Source of the DNA: Candidatus Undinarchaeales archaeon | GTDB taxonomy: Archaea; SpSt-1190; JASMDC01 | Direction: 5' to 3' | Assembly (NCBI GenBank): GCA_030753015.1 | Contig: JASMDC010000015.1 | Span: forward strand, 12,769-76,768 | DNA length: 64,000 nucleotides | In this document: piece after piece, positions 19,542 through 29,244 of the stretch | Numbering within the stretch: position 1 is the stretch's first letter | Layout of the letters: each line of letters begins with the position of its first letter | The notes under the pieces: generated by a model | What the model saw: the letters and a program-made list of their open reading frames with translations, nothing else | Database searches by the model: none | Told to the model about the DNA's origin: nothing | Made by a program: the position numbers and the translations under genes

Positions 19542-20882
19542 TCAGACGAGGGCGGACTCCTCGACGACCTCTCCACCTTCCTCGTCTACCGGCTCCCGCT
19601 TGACGACCTCCAGCCGCACCTTCTCGATGCGGTTGCGGTCCATCTGCTCCACGGTGAACTCCACCTCGGTATGCTCGTCCGACCACGTGATGGCCTCCCC
19701 CTCCTTGGGGATCTTGCCGAACAGGGCGATCACGAGGCCTGCCAGCGTGTCGGCGTCCTCCTCCACGAGCTCGAGGTCGAACCGGTCGTTCACCTCGTCC
19801 AGGTTCAGAGCGCCATCGACGATAGCGTGTGACTCGTCGATGATCTCCACCGGCTCCTCCTCCCGGTCGAACTCGTCGCGGATCTCGCCCACGATCTCCT
19901 CGATGATGTCCTCTATGGTGACGATCCCGGCGACGTCCCCGTACTCGTCCACCATGATGGCCATGTGCTGCTTCTTCTTCTGCATCTCGCGCAAAAGCTC
20001 GTCGATCTTCTTGGTCTCGGGGAAGATCGGTGCCGTGCGCATGAGCTTGCTGACCCGTACGTTATTCGAGCCGTTCTTCTTGTTCATCAGCTCCAGAAGG
20101 TCCTTTGCGTACACAAGACCGACGATGTTGTCCTCGCTACCCTTGTACACCGGGATGCGGGAGAATCCGCTGGTAACGACCGTGTCCAGCACGACCTCCA
20201 AGGAAGCGTTGACGTCCACGAAGATCACATCCGGTCGGGGTACCATTACCTCCTTGGCCTTCGCTTCCCCGAACTCGAAGATGGACTCGATCATCTCCCT
20301 CTCGTTCTCCTCGAGCACGCCCTCCTTCTCGCCCACATCGATCATCTGGCGGATCTCGGCCTCGGTGACCAGGTCCTCGGTGTTCTCGACGTTCCCGCCG
20401 AGCAGTCGTGTGAGCCGGTTGGTCAGTGGGAGGAGCACCTTCACCACGGGATAGGCGATGTCCGTCCACCGTGAGACATAGGGTGCGATGCGCAGGGACA
20501 TCCTCTCTGCGTTGTTGGCGGCATAGGTCTTTGGCGTGATCTCGCCGAAGATGAGGATGACGATGGTAAGGGTGATGGTGGCAAGTGCCATACCGCCGGA
20601 GGGGAAGAGCTGGAAGAATATGGCCGCGGCCAGCACCGACATGGCCACGTTCACGAGGTTGTTGCCCACAAGCAGCGCCGAGAGCATACGTGATGGGTTC
20701 TCCACGAGCGGGAGGAGCACCTTGGCCCGCTTGTCATCCTCCTCCTTGGCGAGCCCCTGGACACGGAGCCGGCTCACTGACGTGATGGCCGTTTCCGAGC
20801 CCGAGAACAGCGCGGACAGGAAGAGCAGGAACAGGATGCCGAGAAGCTCCCAGAGAAGGACAGGATCAAGGGGTATGGCCAA
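19542..20882 (-). CDS. CNNM/CorB-type hemolysin-family protein (DUF21-CBS-CorC)
   Basis: FSGSETA, LVGNNLVN, FGEITPK, FSRIPVY, VDEYG...GIVTIEDIIEEIVGEI. Confidence 0.92.
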   Translation of the reverse strand: MAIPLDPVLLWELLGILFLLFLSALFSGSETAITSVSRLRVQGLAKEEDDKRAKVLLPLVENPSRMLSALLVGNNLVNVAMSVLAAAIFFQLFPSGGMALATITLTIVILIFGEITPKTYAANNAERMSLRIAPYVSRWTDIAYPVVKVLLPLTNRLTRLLGGNVENTEDLVTEAEIRQMIDVGEKEGVLEENEREMIESIFEFGEAKAKEVMVPRPDVIFVDVNASLEVVLDTVVTSGFSRIPVYKGSEDNIVGLVYAKDLLELMNKKNGSNNVRVSKLMRTAPIFPETKKIDELLREMQKKKQHMAIMVDEYGDVAGIVTIEDIIEEIVGEIRDEFDREEEPVEIIDESHAIVDGALNLDEVNDRFDLELVEEDADTLAGLVIALFGKIPKEGEAITWSDEHTEVEFTVEQMDRNRIEKVRLEVVKREPVDEEGGEVVEESALV

Positions 20883-20989
20883 TCCGGATCAGACCTCTGC
20901 AACCATGTGTGATTGCCTATAATAACGCAGGAGTTCATACCTTAAATACCTTTTGAAAGGCGACACTGTAGAGTAATCTTCTTCGGCTC

Positions 20990-21355
20990 TCATGTATCAT
21001 CATCATCCACACTATCGTCTCGCACGCGGTAGTCCACGTCGATGACGTCTGCGTCAGGCGGGATGTCCACCCGTCCACCATCGGCCCCGAGCTTCCCCTC
21101 GGTGCGCAGGAATGTGAGCAGGCAGACGGGCGTCAGGTCGAACGGTCCGGGGAGGACGGCCTCGAGCCCCATGAAGATGGACATGGGATCCGCTGGGGAG
21201 CCTCGCAGGTCGGTTACGTAGTCCCACTGGGCCACGGCCACCAGAAGGTCGGCCGGCGCGAAGACCAAGAGCGGTATCATGTTGATGACGTCGATGGTTA
21301 TGGCAGCTGCAAGCTTCCCGTTGCGGGACAATCCTCGCCAGATGCCGGACGCCAT
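20990..21355 (-). CDS. Small hypothetical membrane protein
   Basis: Abuts pgi; hydrophobic core with EAVLPGPFDLTP. Confidence 0.6.
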   Translation of the reverse strand: MASGIWRGLSRNGKLAAAITIDVINMIPLLVFAPADLLVAVAQWDYVTDLRGSPADPMSIFMGLEAVLPGPFDLTPVCLLTFLRTEGKLGADGGRVDIPPDADVIDVDYRVRDDSVDDDDT

Positions 21356-22774
21356 TCACTCCCGTGACCTGAGGCTGATTATGCGCTTGAACTCCCGCTT
21401 GTACCCGTCCACGGCGGACTGCTCGTAGGTGAGCCGCCCCAGCTCCCGCAGCTCTCCCTCCACGGCCACGGCCACGGCCAGACCGTAAAAGAGGCGGAAG
21501 AGGTGGTAGGTGTCCACGACGGGCATCTCGATGGTGCACGTCGGCACGGAGTTGTTCAAAAGATCGGTCTCGGTACCCTCGAACGAGATGTCCTGGAGGA
21601 TCCCGAGGTGGAACCCGCCCAGTGCCGCCAGTGTCGGGCCGAGGATCTCCTCCCGGGGCACCACGATGTCCTTGTCCGGGTCGTGCTCTACGACCCTCAC
21701 GAAAACCAGCAGCTTGTCGCGTGGACCGTTGATGATACCATTGAGCAGGGAGTGGTTGCCGGTCGGTCCAGCGGTCGCGATGATGTTCTGACCCCCGCCC
21801 CGCTCTTGGATGGACTCGGAGAGGAGCTGGGTATACCAGTCGCCCACGGCACGCAGCACCTTCGCGTAGGGATAGAACACGAGGGTCGACTTCCCCTTGT
21901 GCAGGGAGAGGTAGGTGATTGATCCCAGGCGGAAGCCGAGGTTACGGGAATCGCCAGGATCCAGATAGGCGTCGGACTCGGCATCACGCATCCCGCGCAC
22001 GGCCTCGCTCACACGCTCGGCGACGGTGCACTTCCTCTCGTCGGTGCCCACGGCAAGGGCCAGGAGGCCCACGGGACTGCCGAACGAGAACCGCCCACCG
22101 ACGCCGTCGGGGACGGGGAGCAGGGCCAGAAACCGCTGGGGCTGCTCCTGGTCGAGCCGGAAGAGCGCTGAACCCTTGGTGAGCCCGGTTGTCACTGCGA
22201 CCTGTTGGGCGTACTCGGCCGGGTCCCGGCCCGCAGCCGCGAGCGCTTCCTGCAGCCGCTGGCGGATGATGAGGAACGCGGCGATGGTCTCGGCGGTCGT
22301 GCCGGATTTGGATATGACGTTGAATACGGTCTGGAGCAGGATTCCCCGTACGCTCAGGGTATGGAGGATATCGTGGAGCTCGGCCGGATCGAAGGTGTCA
22401 CCGCAAAAGTACATCTCCGGCGCCCCACCCCGCTCCTCCCGGGGGAGTGTATTGTGCTGCGACGAGTCGAGCACGGCATGTACGGTGCGTCCAACAAGGT
22501 CCGAACCACCGATGCCCACGGTGACGAACGCCTCGGCCCGTTCCCGCACGAGCGCGGCGACCTCGATGACCCGGTCGACATCCTCTTGACGGGCATGGCT
22601 CTTGGTCCAGGCGCGGAGGTTCTGGATAAGTGTGTCCGGTCCTGCCGCGGCCTCTGCCCGGAAGCCGTTCTGGACGTCCAGCAACCTGTCCCGGAGATCA
22701 TCGAGCTCTTTTCTTGGGACGCGATGTGCCGGCGCAATATTGTCATCAGTAACGTTGTCGATGCGGATGCGCAT
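21356..22774 (-). CDS. pgi: Glucose-6-phosphate isomerase
   Basis: GIGGS, VISKSGTTAET, VGGRFS, QLLSES, YEQSAVDGYK. Confidence 0.88.
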   Translation of the reverse strand: MRIRIDNVTDDNIAPAHRVPRKELDDLRDRLLDVQNGFRAEAAAGPDTLIQNLRAWTKSHARQEDVDRVIEVAALVRERAEAFVTVGIGGSDLVGRTVHAVLDSSQHNTLPREERGGAPEMYFCGDTFDPAELHDILHTLSVRGILLQTVFNVISKSGTTAETIAAFLIIRQRLQEALAAAGRDPAEYAQQVAVTTGLTKGSALFRLDQEQPQRFLALLPVPDGVGGRFSFGSPVGLLALAVGTDERKCTVAERVSEAVRGMRDAESDAYLDPGDSRNLGFRLGSITYLSLHKGKSTLVFYPYAKVLRAVGDWYTQLLSESIQERGGGQNIIATAGPTGNHSLLNGIINGPRDKLLVFVRVVEHDPDKDIVVPREEILGPTLAALGGFHLGILQDISFEGTETDLLNNSVPTCTIEMPVVDTYHLFRLFYGLAVAVAVEGELRELGRLTYEQSAVDGYKREFKRIISLRSRE

Positions 22775-22790
22775 GGCTATCGCCGACCGC

Positions 22791-23027
22791 TTACTTCTTT
22801 GCCGTGGACTTCTTAGGGGTTGCCTTCTTCTTGGGTGGGGCCTTCTTCTTGGGCGCCGGCTTGGCGGCGGCCTTCTTACCGGCCGCATCGGGCATCCCGT
22901 CGATCTTGCCCCACCAGAACATCTCGCGAACGCAGTAGTAGCCCCACACACCGCTCCACTTCACAGCGAGTTTCTCGCCGCAGTGCGGGCACTCCCGCGA
23001 CACGAACGTGATCCGCTCGTCTGACAT
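22791..23027 (-). CDS. Small Zn-ribbon-like protein with a Lys/Ala/Pro-rich tail
   Basis: CPHCG..YYC followed by KKAAAKPAPKKKAPPKKKATPKKSTAKK. Confidence 0.65.
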   Translation of the reverse strand: MSDERITFVSRECPHCGEKLAVKWSGVWGYYCVREMFWWGKIDGMPDAAGKKAAAKPAPKKKAPPKKKATPKKSTAKK

Positions 23028-23092
23028 GAGGCGAGGAAGGGGAGCAATCTTTATCAATCTTTCAGGCGAGCGGCCCGCTCCAGACCCACGAG

Positions 23093-23509
23093 CTAGGTGG
23101 ATCCGGCCGAGTCTATATAGGCCTCTACTGCGCTTCGCGTGTCCGCTGCCTCGTACCCCGCAAGGATGGTCACCATGTGGCCGTTGTGCTCCTTCGTCTC
23201 GATTATAACGGGCTGGAGGATGAAGCTTGTCATGGCGTACCCCACCTTGTCGGACACCTTGTTGACGCTGCCCCCGCCGATAAGGAAGAGGCGGGCCGCA
23301 GGGATGTTGTCCGAGTCCATGAGGATGTTCCGCAGCGGGATCCCCTGCGCGTCGGCGAGATGGAGCGCGGCCACAAGGTCACCCAGCTGGGCCTCTTCAC
23401 CGATGACGATGTAGGAGTCGGTGGTCTGGGCGGAGCCGGTCATGGCCCCGGTGGCCATGAGGACCACGAGGCCGATCAGGAGCACGTGGATGCGGTCGAT
23501 CCGGATCAC
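23093..23509 (-). CDS. Secreted protein with an archaeal S-layer C-terminal-like domain
   Basis: Signal peptide; LFLIGGGSVN and LAGYEAADTRSA motifs. Confidence 0.65.
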   Translation of the reverse strand: MIRIDRIHVLLIGLVVLMATGAMTGSAQTTDSYIVIGEEAQLGDLVAALHLADAQGIPLRNILMDSDNIPAARLFLIGGGSVNKVSDKVGYAMTSFILQPVIIETKEHNGHMVTILAGYEAADTRSAVEAYIDSAGST

Positions 23510-24063
23510 TTCTTCGCCTCCTCAGCCCGGTTGCGGGCCTTGACGACCTCGAAGTGCGTGAAGTCCATGTGGTGGATGATCACACCCTCCTGGCTGCGAG
23601 GTACGTGGTCGCCCTCATGTGAGTGGTTGGAGATCGTGTGGACGATGCCGGCCGGTATCCCTGCCTCCAGCGCGAGCCATGCCCCCGTGATTGGGTGGCG
23701 CACGAGCTTACCGTCGCTGCAGATGCGGTACTCGCCGTCCACCAGCTCGTACTCCAAGAGCTTACCCACGTCATGCAGGAGCGCTCCCGTGAGTATCCAG
23801 TCCAGGGGGATGCCGTAGCCATGGAGCTCGTTGAGGATGCTCGCGGACGAATGGGCGAGCCTCGTTATCGTCCGCACGTGCGATATCAGCGTTGCGTCGG
23901 TCCGTGCGGCCTTGGTGAAGGGGATCTCGTCTATGGCGTCCCAGCCGCCCTTCTTCATGGCACGCACCCACACGTCGATGACACGCTGGCGCAGGTCGTC
24001 GTCCTCGAAAAGCTCGAGCTCGGGAAAGAGTGATGCGATATAGGTCCTCTTATCGTCGGTCAT
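23506..24063 (-). CDS. HD-domain phosphohydrolase
   Basis: LISH, GALLHDVGK, RHP..G, HSHEG, HHMD. Confidence 0.85.
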   Translation of the reverse strand: MTDDKRTYIASLFPELELFEDDDLRQRVIDVWVRAMKKGGWDAIDEIPFTKAARTDATLISHVRTITRLAHSSASILNELHGYGIPLDWILTGALLHDVGKLLEYELVDGEYRICSDGKLVRHPITGAWLALEAGIPAGIVHTISNHSHEGDHVPRSQEGVIIHHMDFTHFEVVKARNRAEEAKK

Positions 24064-24162
24064 GTTTAAGCCTCCAGTTATCCGGTGGCCCGTGCCACCA
24101 TCCGTCACGCCCTCTAAATACATTATTAAAGGTATAAACTTTGCCGTGCCGCGGGACTCGAT

Positions 24163-25422
24163 ATGGGGTACACGATAGCTGAGAAGATTCTTGCCCGCGC
24201 GGGCGGCAAGCCGAGCGCAACCGCAGGCGACATCGTCAACGCACGGGTCGACCTTGCTATGAGCCACGAGAACACCGGACCGATATCGCGCATCTTCAAG
24301 AAGATAGGCGTGAAGCGGGTCTGGGATCCCGAGCGCATCGTCATCCCGATCGATCACTGTGTGCCAGCGGCCGCTGAGAAGAACGCCGTCGAGCACAAAG
24401 AGGCCCGGGAGTTCGTAAAGGAACAGGGTATCACCAACTTCTACGACATCAAGGCAGGAGTGTGCCACCAGGTGCTCCCCGAGAACGGCCACGTCGTGCC
24501 GGGGATGCTCATCGTGGGCAGCGACTCCCACACCACGACCTACGGCGCCCTGGGCGCCTTCTCCTCGGGGATCGGCCGTACCGAGATGGCCGCGGTGTAC
24601 GCGACAGGGGAGATCTGGATGCGCGTGCCCGAGACAGTGCGCATGGTGGTGGACGGCGAGCTGCCGCCGCTTGTCAGCGCCAAGGACGTCATCCTCAACA
24701 TCATCGGTACCGTTCGCGCCGATGGCTGCTCGTACAAGTGCGCCGAGTACACCGGTCCCACGGTGGAGCGCATGACACAGTCGAGCCGCATGGTCCTTTC
24801 CAACATGGCGGTCGAGATGGACGCAAAGGCCGGCATCGTCCCCGCCGACGACACGACCGCTTCCTACCTCAAGGGGCGCACCGATAAACCGGTCAATCCC
24901 GTCGTCTCCGATCCCGACGCTGTCGTGGAGCGCGAGGTGCATTTCGACGTGTCAGAGCTGGTCCCCCAGATCGCATGCCCGCACAAGGTCGACAACGTCA
25001 AGGCCGTGTCGGACATCGCGGGTCTGCCGATCAACCAGGCCGTGCTGGGCACCTGCACCAACGGCCGTGTTGAGGATCTCGAGCAGGCCGTTGCCATACT
25101 CAAGGGCAAGGAGGTCCACCGGGAAGTGCGCCTGCTGGTAATCCCGGCCTCGCGCAAGGAGTACATCGCCGCCTCGGAGGCCGGCCTGCTCACCGAGCTC
25201 GCCAGGTCCGGCGCGATCGTCTGCAACCCCGGCTGCGGGCCCTGCATGGGCGCCCACCAGGGGGCGCTGGCGCCCGGCGAGGTCGCCATCTCCACGTCCA
25301 ACCGCAACTTCAAGGGCCGGATGGGGTGCAAGGAGGCCAAGATCTACCTTGCGTCCCCCGCCACCGTGGCAGCGTCCGCGCTCAAGGGCGAGGTCACCGA
25401 CCCCCGGGAGGTGGTCGTATGA
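24163..25422 (+). CDS. 3-isopropylmalate dehydratase/homoaconitase large subunit
   Basis: DHC, GVCHQ, DSHTTTYGA, GTCTNGR, CGPCMG, STSNRNFKGRMG. Confidence 0.95.
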   Translation: MGYTIAEKILARAGGKPSATAGDIVNARVDLAMSHENTGPISRIFKKIGVKRVWDPERIVIPIDHCVPAAAEKNAVEHKEAREFVKEQGITNFYDIKAGVCHQVLPENGHVVPGMLIVGSDSHTTTYGALGAFSSGIGRTEMAAVYATGEIWMRVPETVRMVVDGELPPLVSAKDVILNIIGTVRADGCSYKCAEYTGPTVERMTQSSRMVLSNMAVEMDAKAGIVPADDTTASYLKGRTDKPVNPVVSDPDAVVEREVHFDVSELVPQIACPHKVDNVKAVSDIAGLPINQAVLGTCTNGRVEDLEQAVAILKGKEVHREVRLLVIPASRKEYIAASEAGLLTELARSGAIVCNPGCGPCMGAHQGALAPGEVAISTSNRNFKGRMGCKEAKIYLASPATVAASALKGEVTDPREVVV

Positions 25423-25916
25423 AGGTCAAGGGACGCGTGTGGCGCTTCGGCGACGACGTGAACACCGATGTCATCTTCCCCGGCAAGTACACCTACACGG
25501 TGACCGAGCCCGAGGACATGGCCAAGCACGCCATGGAGGACGCTGATCCGGAGTTCGCCAAGGGCGTCCAGGAGGGCGACGTCATCGTTGCAGGCCGGAA
25601 CTTCGGCTGCGGCTCATCGCGAGAGCAGGCGGTCACCGCCCCCAAGTACGCGGGCGTGGGCGCCATCATCGCCAAGTCGTTCGCCCGCATCTACTTCCGC
25701 AACTGCATCAACCAGGGCCTGCCCATCCTCAGTCTCCCCGAGGTCGACGAGATCCAACCCGGCGACGAGGTGGAGGTCGTGCTCGAGGAGGGGCTGGTGC
25801 GGGATCTCACGACCGGGAAGGAGTACAGGGCCAAGCCCCTGCCACCCTTCATCATGGACATAATCACGGCCGGGGGGCTCATCCCCAGCCTGAAGAAGAA
25901 GCTCGGAACGGAGTAA
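25419..25916 (+). CDS. 3-isopropylmalate dehydratase/homoaconitase small subunit
   Basis: DDVNTDVIFPGKY, NFGCGSSREQA, SFARIYFRN; ATGA overlap with the large subunit. Confidence 0.95.
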   Translation: MKVKGRVWRFGDDVNTDVIFPGKYTYTVTEPEDMAKHAMEDADPEFAKGVQEGDVIVAGRNFGCGSSREQAVTAPKYAGVGAIIAKSFARIYFRNCINQGLPILSLPEVDEIQPGDEVEVVLEEGLVRDLTTGKEYRAKPLPPFIMDIITAGGLIPSLKKKLGTE

Positions 25917-25928
25917 GGAGGAACCAAA

Positions 25929-27047
25929 ATGGCAAAATACAAAATCGCGGTCCTGCCGGGCGACGGTATCGGCAAGGACGTCACGGAAGCGGCGATGATC
26001 GTTCTGGACAAGCTCGGCCTGGACGCCGAGTACATCTACGGCGACATCGGATGGGAGTTCTGGTGCAAGGAGGGCAATCCCCTTCCCGACCGCACCCTCA
26101 AGCTCTTCAAAGAGACCGACTGCTGCCTCTTCGGCGCGATCACATCGAAACCGAAGGAGGAGGCCCAGAAGGCCCTGGCGCCAGAGCTGCAGGACAAGGG
26201 GCTTACGTACTTCAGTCCCATCGTCAAGCTACGCCAGCTTTTGAACCTGCATACCAACCTCAGGCCGTGCAAGGGCTTCGAGGGCAATCCCCTCAACTTC
26301 AAGGACGGAATCGACCTGGTGGTGTTCAGGGAGAACACCGAGGGACTGTACTCGGGCGTGGAGTTCCACCCCGTGCCCGACGGTGTCCGTTCCGCTCTCA
26401 AGGACAACAATGCCAAGATGGGCCGGTTCGACGACACGGCGGCCGATGACCTGGCCATCTCGTGCCGGATCTTCACCCGGGCGGGGTGCCAGCGCATCGT
26501 GCGCAACGCCTTCGAGTACGCCAAGACACACGGCTACTCTTCCGTCACCATCGTGGAGAAGCCCAACGTCATCCGCGAGACCAGCGGTCTCATGGTGCGC
26601 GAGGCGCGCAAGATTGCCAAGGAGTTCGACGGCATCGACCTCTGGGAGACCAACGTCGACGCCCAGTGCATGTGGCTGATCAAGAATCCCAACGATTACG
26701 GCGTGATGGTATCGTCGAACATGTTCGGTGACATAATCTCGGACCTGGCCGGCCAGTTGGTGGGCGGCCTGGGCTTCGCCAGTGCGGGCAACATCGGCGA
26801 CGACTACGCGGTGTTCGAGCCCACCCACGGCTCAGCGCCCAAGTACGCGGGCCAGTACAAGGTCAATCCCATGGCCATGCTGCTCACCGTGAAGATGATG
26901 CTCGACTGGCTCGGGGAGGCTGACAAGGCCAAGAACCTCGAGAATGCCATCAGTGAGGTCATCAAGGAAGGCAAGGTCCGCACCTACGACATGAAGGGCG
27001 ACGCCAAGACCCTCGAAGTGGCCCGCGCCATCGCGGACAAGCTGTAG
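25929..27047 (+). CDS. Isocitrate/isopropylmalate-family beta-decarboxylating dehydrogenase
   Basis: [32 protein letters not shown]. Confidence 0.93.
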   Translation: MAKYKIAVLPGDGIGKDVTEAAMIVLDKLGLDAEYIYGDIGWEFWCKEGNPLPDRTLKLFKETDCCLFGAITSKPKEEAQKALAPELQDKGLTYFSPIVKLRQLLNLHTNLRPCKGFEGNPLNFKDGIDLVVFRENTEGLYSGVEFHPVPDGVRSALKDNNAKMGRFDDTAADDLAISCRIFTRAGCQRIVRNAFEYAKTHGYSSVTIVEKPNVIRETSGLMVREARKIAKEFDGIDLWETNVDAQCMWLIKNPNDYGVMVSSNMFGDIISDLAGQLVGGLGFASAGNIGDDYAVFEPTHGSAPKYAGQYKVNPMAMLLTVKMMLDWLGEADKAKNLENAISEVIKEGKVRTYDMKGDAKTLEVARAIADKL

Positions 27048-27141
27048 ACCGCCCATGAGCGCTACAGACCGGTGGGGGGTCGCCTGAACGGCGATCATCG
27101 AGGACCTTGAGCAGGCCGGCCTCGAAGGCCAGGAGGTCGAC

Positions 27142-27432
27142 GTGCTCAAGACCTACCTCACCGAAAAGGAGCGGGCGCTCATCGAGGTAGCATACCGCAG
27201 GAGTAAGTTCCACGCGATCTTGCTTTCAGAGCTCGCTCGTGGGCTGGAGGACGCAGAAGGGTTCCACGGGCCGCATGCCGCCGAGCTCGAGCTCCTCCGT
27301 TTCCAGCCCACGCTCCACTCTCTGGAGAATAAGGGGCTTGTCAGGCTCCTCCACAAGGAGGTCCTTCTGACGGAGTCAGGGCTGCAGGTATGCGAAACGT
27401 TGTTCGGGATCGTGGAGGACCCGCCGGCCTAG
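27142..27432 (+). CDS. Small winged-helix-like protein, possibly 5'-disrupted
   Basis: LHSLENKGLV..LTESG. The coding-like frame extends upstream to an in-frame TGA (27085) and an ATG (27055). Confidence 0.55.
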   Translation: MLKTYLTEKERALIEVAYRRSKFHAILLSELARGLEDAEGFHGPHAAELELLRFQPTLHSLENKGLVRLLHKEVLLTESGLQVCETLFGIVEDPPA

Positions 27433-27722
27433 GCGTGGTCTTCCTCGACCTCGATGACCCTATCGATGAGGTCAGCGACCTCTTCACCCTTTTCCGTGGG
27501 CTCGTAGAGCCGGGTCCGGCCCAGCTTGATGGTGCTCGCCAGCCCCATCTCACGGAATCGTTGAAGGACGCGGAGGGTGTGTGCGTACTCCGTATCGGCG
27601 ACCTTAGAGATGGCACGAACGTAGCGCACGGGAGGATTGCCTCCGTTCAGCGAAAGAAAGATCTTTGTAGCCTTCTTTTTGAAAAAGAGGCCCAATAATT
27701 CGTCCTTCTGCTCTCTAGGCAT
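27429..27722 (-). CDS. Winged-helix transcription regulator
   Basis: ISKVADTEYAHTLRVL..GL..KLGRTRLYEPTEKG. Confidence 0.8.
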   Translation of the reverse strand: MPREQKDELLGLFFKKKATKIFLSLNGGNPPVRYVRAISKVADTEYAHTLRVLQRFREMGLASTIKLGRTRLYEPTEKGEEVADLIDRVIEVEEDHA

Positions 27723-27965
27723 AGTATTTCCTTCCTTGCTGGGGGTGAGGGGGAAATCGCTTTCCCCTCGTAGCGAATCTGTGTCAGAGCCTACATTTAA
27801 AAGTCCTTCGCCTGCGAGATTCGTTGTTTATAAATCTGGGCTAGTTTATAAATTAACTGCGACACTTTACGGCCATATCGTCCGAGTTACACCCTAATTC
27901 CGAAGAATCTTCCGAATTTTAAATGGGACTGAATAATGAGAGGATACGATATGAGTGACACAGTG

Positions 27966-28202
27966 TCACGCTTCGTTGATGGCCTCCACGAAGTCCTTGC
28001 CCTCGAGAGCACGGATCTGGGCACGGCTCGCCCGGACGAGGAACGAGCGGCTGAAGGGGTACTCCTCCACGACGTCGAACTCCGAAAGGGCCGGCCGTAT
28101 CTCGTTCATGCCGAGATCACCCTGCACGATCACGATGACCTCCACCACGTCGTCGGGGCCGAGATCGTTGATACGAGATTCGAGAAAACCGTCCAGTTTC
28201 AT
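27966..28202 (-). CDS. Stand-alone peptidase inhibitor I9/subtilisin-propeptide-like protein
   Basis: 78 aa; VEVIV..VVEEY.FSRSFLVRASRAQIRALE..FVEAI pattern. Confidence 0.55.
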   Translation of the reverse strand: MKLDGFLESRINDLGPDDVVEVIVIVQGDLGMNEIRPALSEFDVVEEYPFSRSFLVRASRAQIRALEGKDFVEAINEA

Positions 28203-28344
28203 TCGATACCACCCATGGGAAAGGTATTTATCGGTGCGAAGATTATAACTAAATAGGTTCCAAAGGGGCGTTAATGGGAAAACTATATAAAGAACAAACG
28301 ACACTATGTTACTATCGTCTGGTGACGAACGGGGGTTACAAATT

Positions 28345-29148
28345 ATGATGGATGGCCTTGATGGATGGGTTGACTCGTACCGCGCGGAGATGGACCGCGA
28401 GCGGGGCGATATGGATCCTGTAACAAAGGACATCCAGCAGTCCATGTACCGTGGCCCTCTTTCCCTCCTTCGCAACGTCTACGACGTCTACAAGGACAAC
28501 GCCTACTCTGCCCTTTTCGGGGCCGAGCCCAAGGACTACCTAGAGGGCAACGTCACCGCGAACCTCTTCGCCGGCACCAAGGACGGGATCGGCATCAAGT
28601 ACGTCGCAGAGAATGGTCGCTTCGTCATCCCGACCAAGGATGGCAAGTACGTCGAGGCCAAGAACTCCAAAGCCTACGCCCTTGACGACAAGGGACAGGT
28701 CCTCTCGGACAGCGAACTCGACAAGGCCGACGACATAGTCATCGAGATGGAGACGCCGGATGGCGCCAAGATCCAGGTCAACTACTTCGACCTCGTCACG
28801 ATCACTCAGCCCGTTAGCGAAGACAGCGACAAGCAGGGCGTGTACCTCGGTGTCGGCGAGTCTTACCTCCTTAACCCCTGGGGTGAGCCTGTCGCAAAGG
28901 GTGTCAACTGCTACTCGGCCGACTTCGCAGAGATGGACATGGACCTTCGGCCCGTTGACCGCAAGTCCTGGTCTGCCATGGATTCCAGCTACCACGACGG
29001 CGTGCGCGTCAAGCGCCAGCCATACACCCCCGTGTACGACACAGAGAGCAAGTCGTTCAAGTGGATGGAACCCGTGAAGAACCCCCAGATCTCCGGCGGA
29101 CACGACTTCGAGAAGCGCGAGGGCGTGTTCAAGTACCTGGCCGCCTAA
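28345..29148 (+). CDS. Hypothetical protein
   Basis: Strong host-like codon bias; no recognised motif. Confidence 0.75.
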   Translation: MMDGLDGWVDSYRAEMDRERGDMDPVTKDIQQSMYRGPLSLLRNVYDVYKDNAYSALFGAEPKDYLEGNVTANLFAGTKDGIGIKYVAENGRFVIPTKDGKYVEAKNSKAYALDDKGQVLSDSELDKADDIVIEMETPDGAKIQVNYFDLVTITQPVSEDSDKQGVYLGVGESYLLNPWGEPVAKGVNCYSADFAEMDMDLRPVDRKSWSAMDSSYHDGVRVKRQPYTPVYDTESKSFKWMEPVKNPQISGGHDFEKREGVFKYLAA

Positions 29149-29244
29149 AGGCCAGCAACCACAAACCTTATCTAGCGGAGGTTACACTGTAGAGAACAGA
29201 ACGGACGGGTAAGAAGGACCGTATAGACAAGGACGTGTACCCAG

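Noticed and set aside
23506-24942. Long antisense or extended ORFs (478 aa here; also 9734-11263, 34138-35352, 49879-51138, 32072-33244)
   Set aside because: Shadow ORFs opposite well-supported genes, typical of high-GC DNA; only the HD-domain part of this one is real
24163-27047. Specific leuCDB versus homoaconitase/aks assignment
   Set aside because: These paralogs cannot be separated by eye, and there is no pathway-defining synthase alongside
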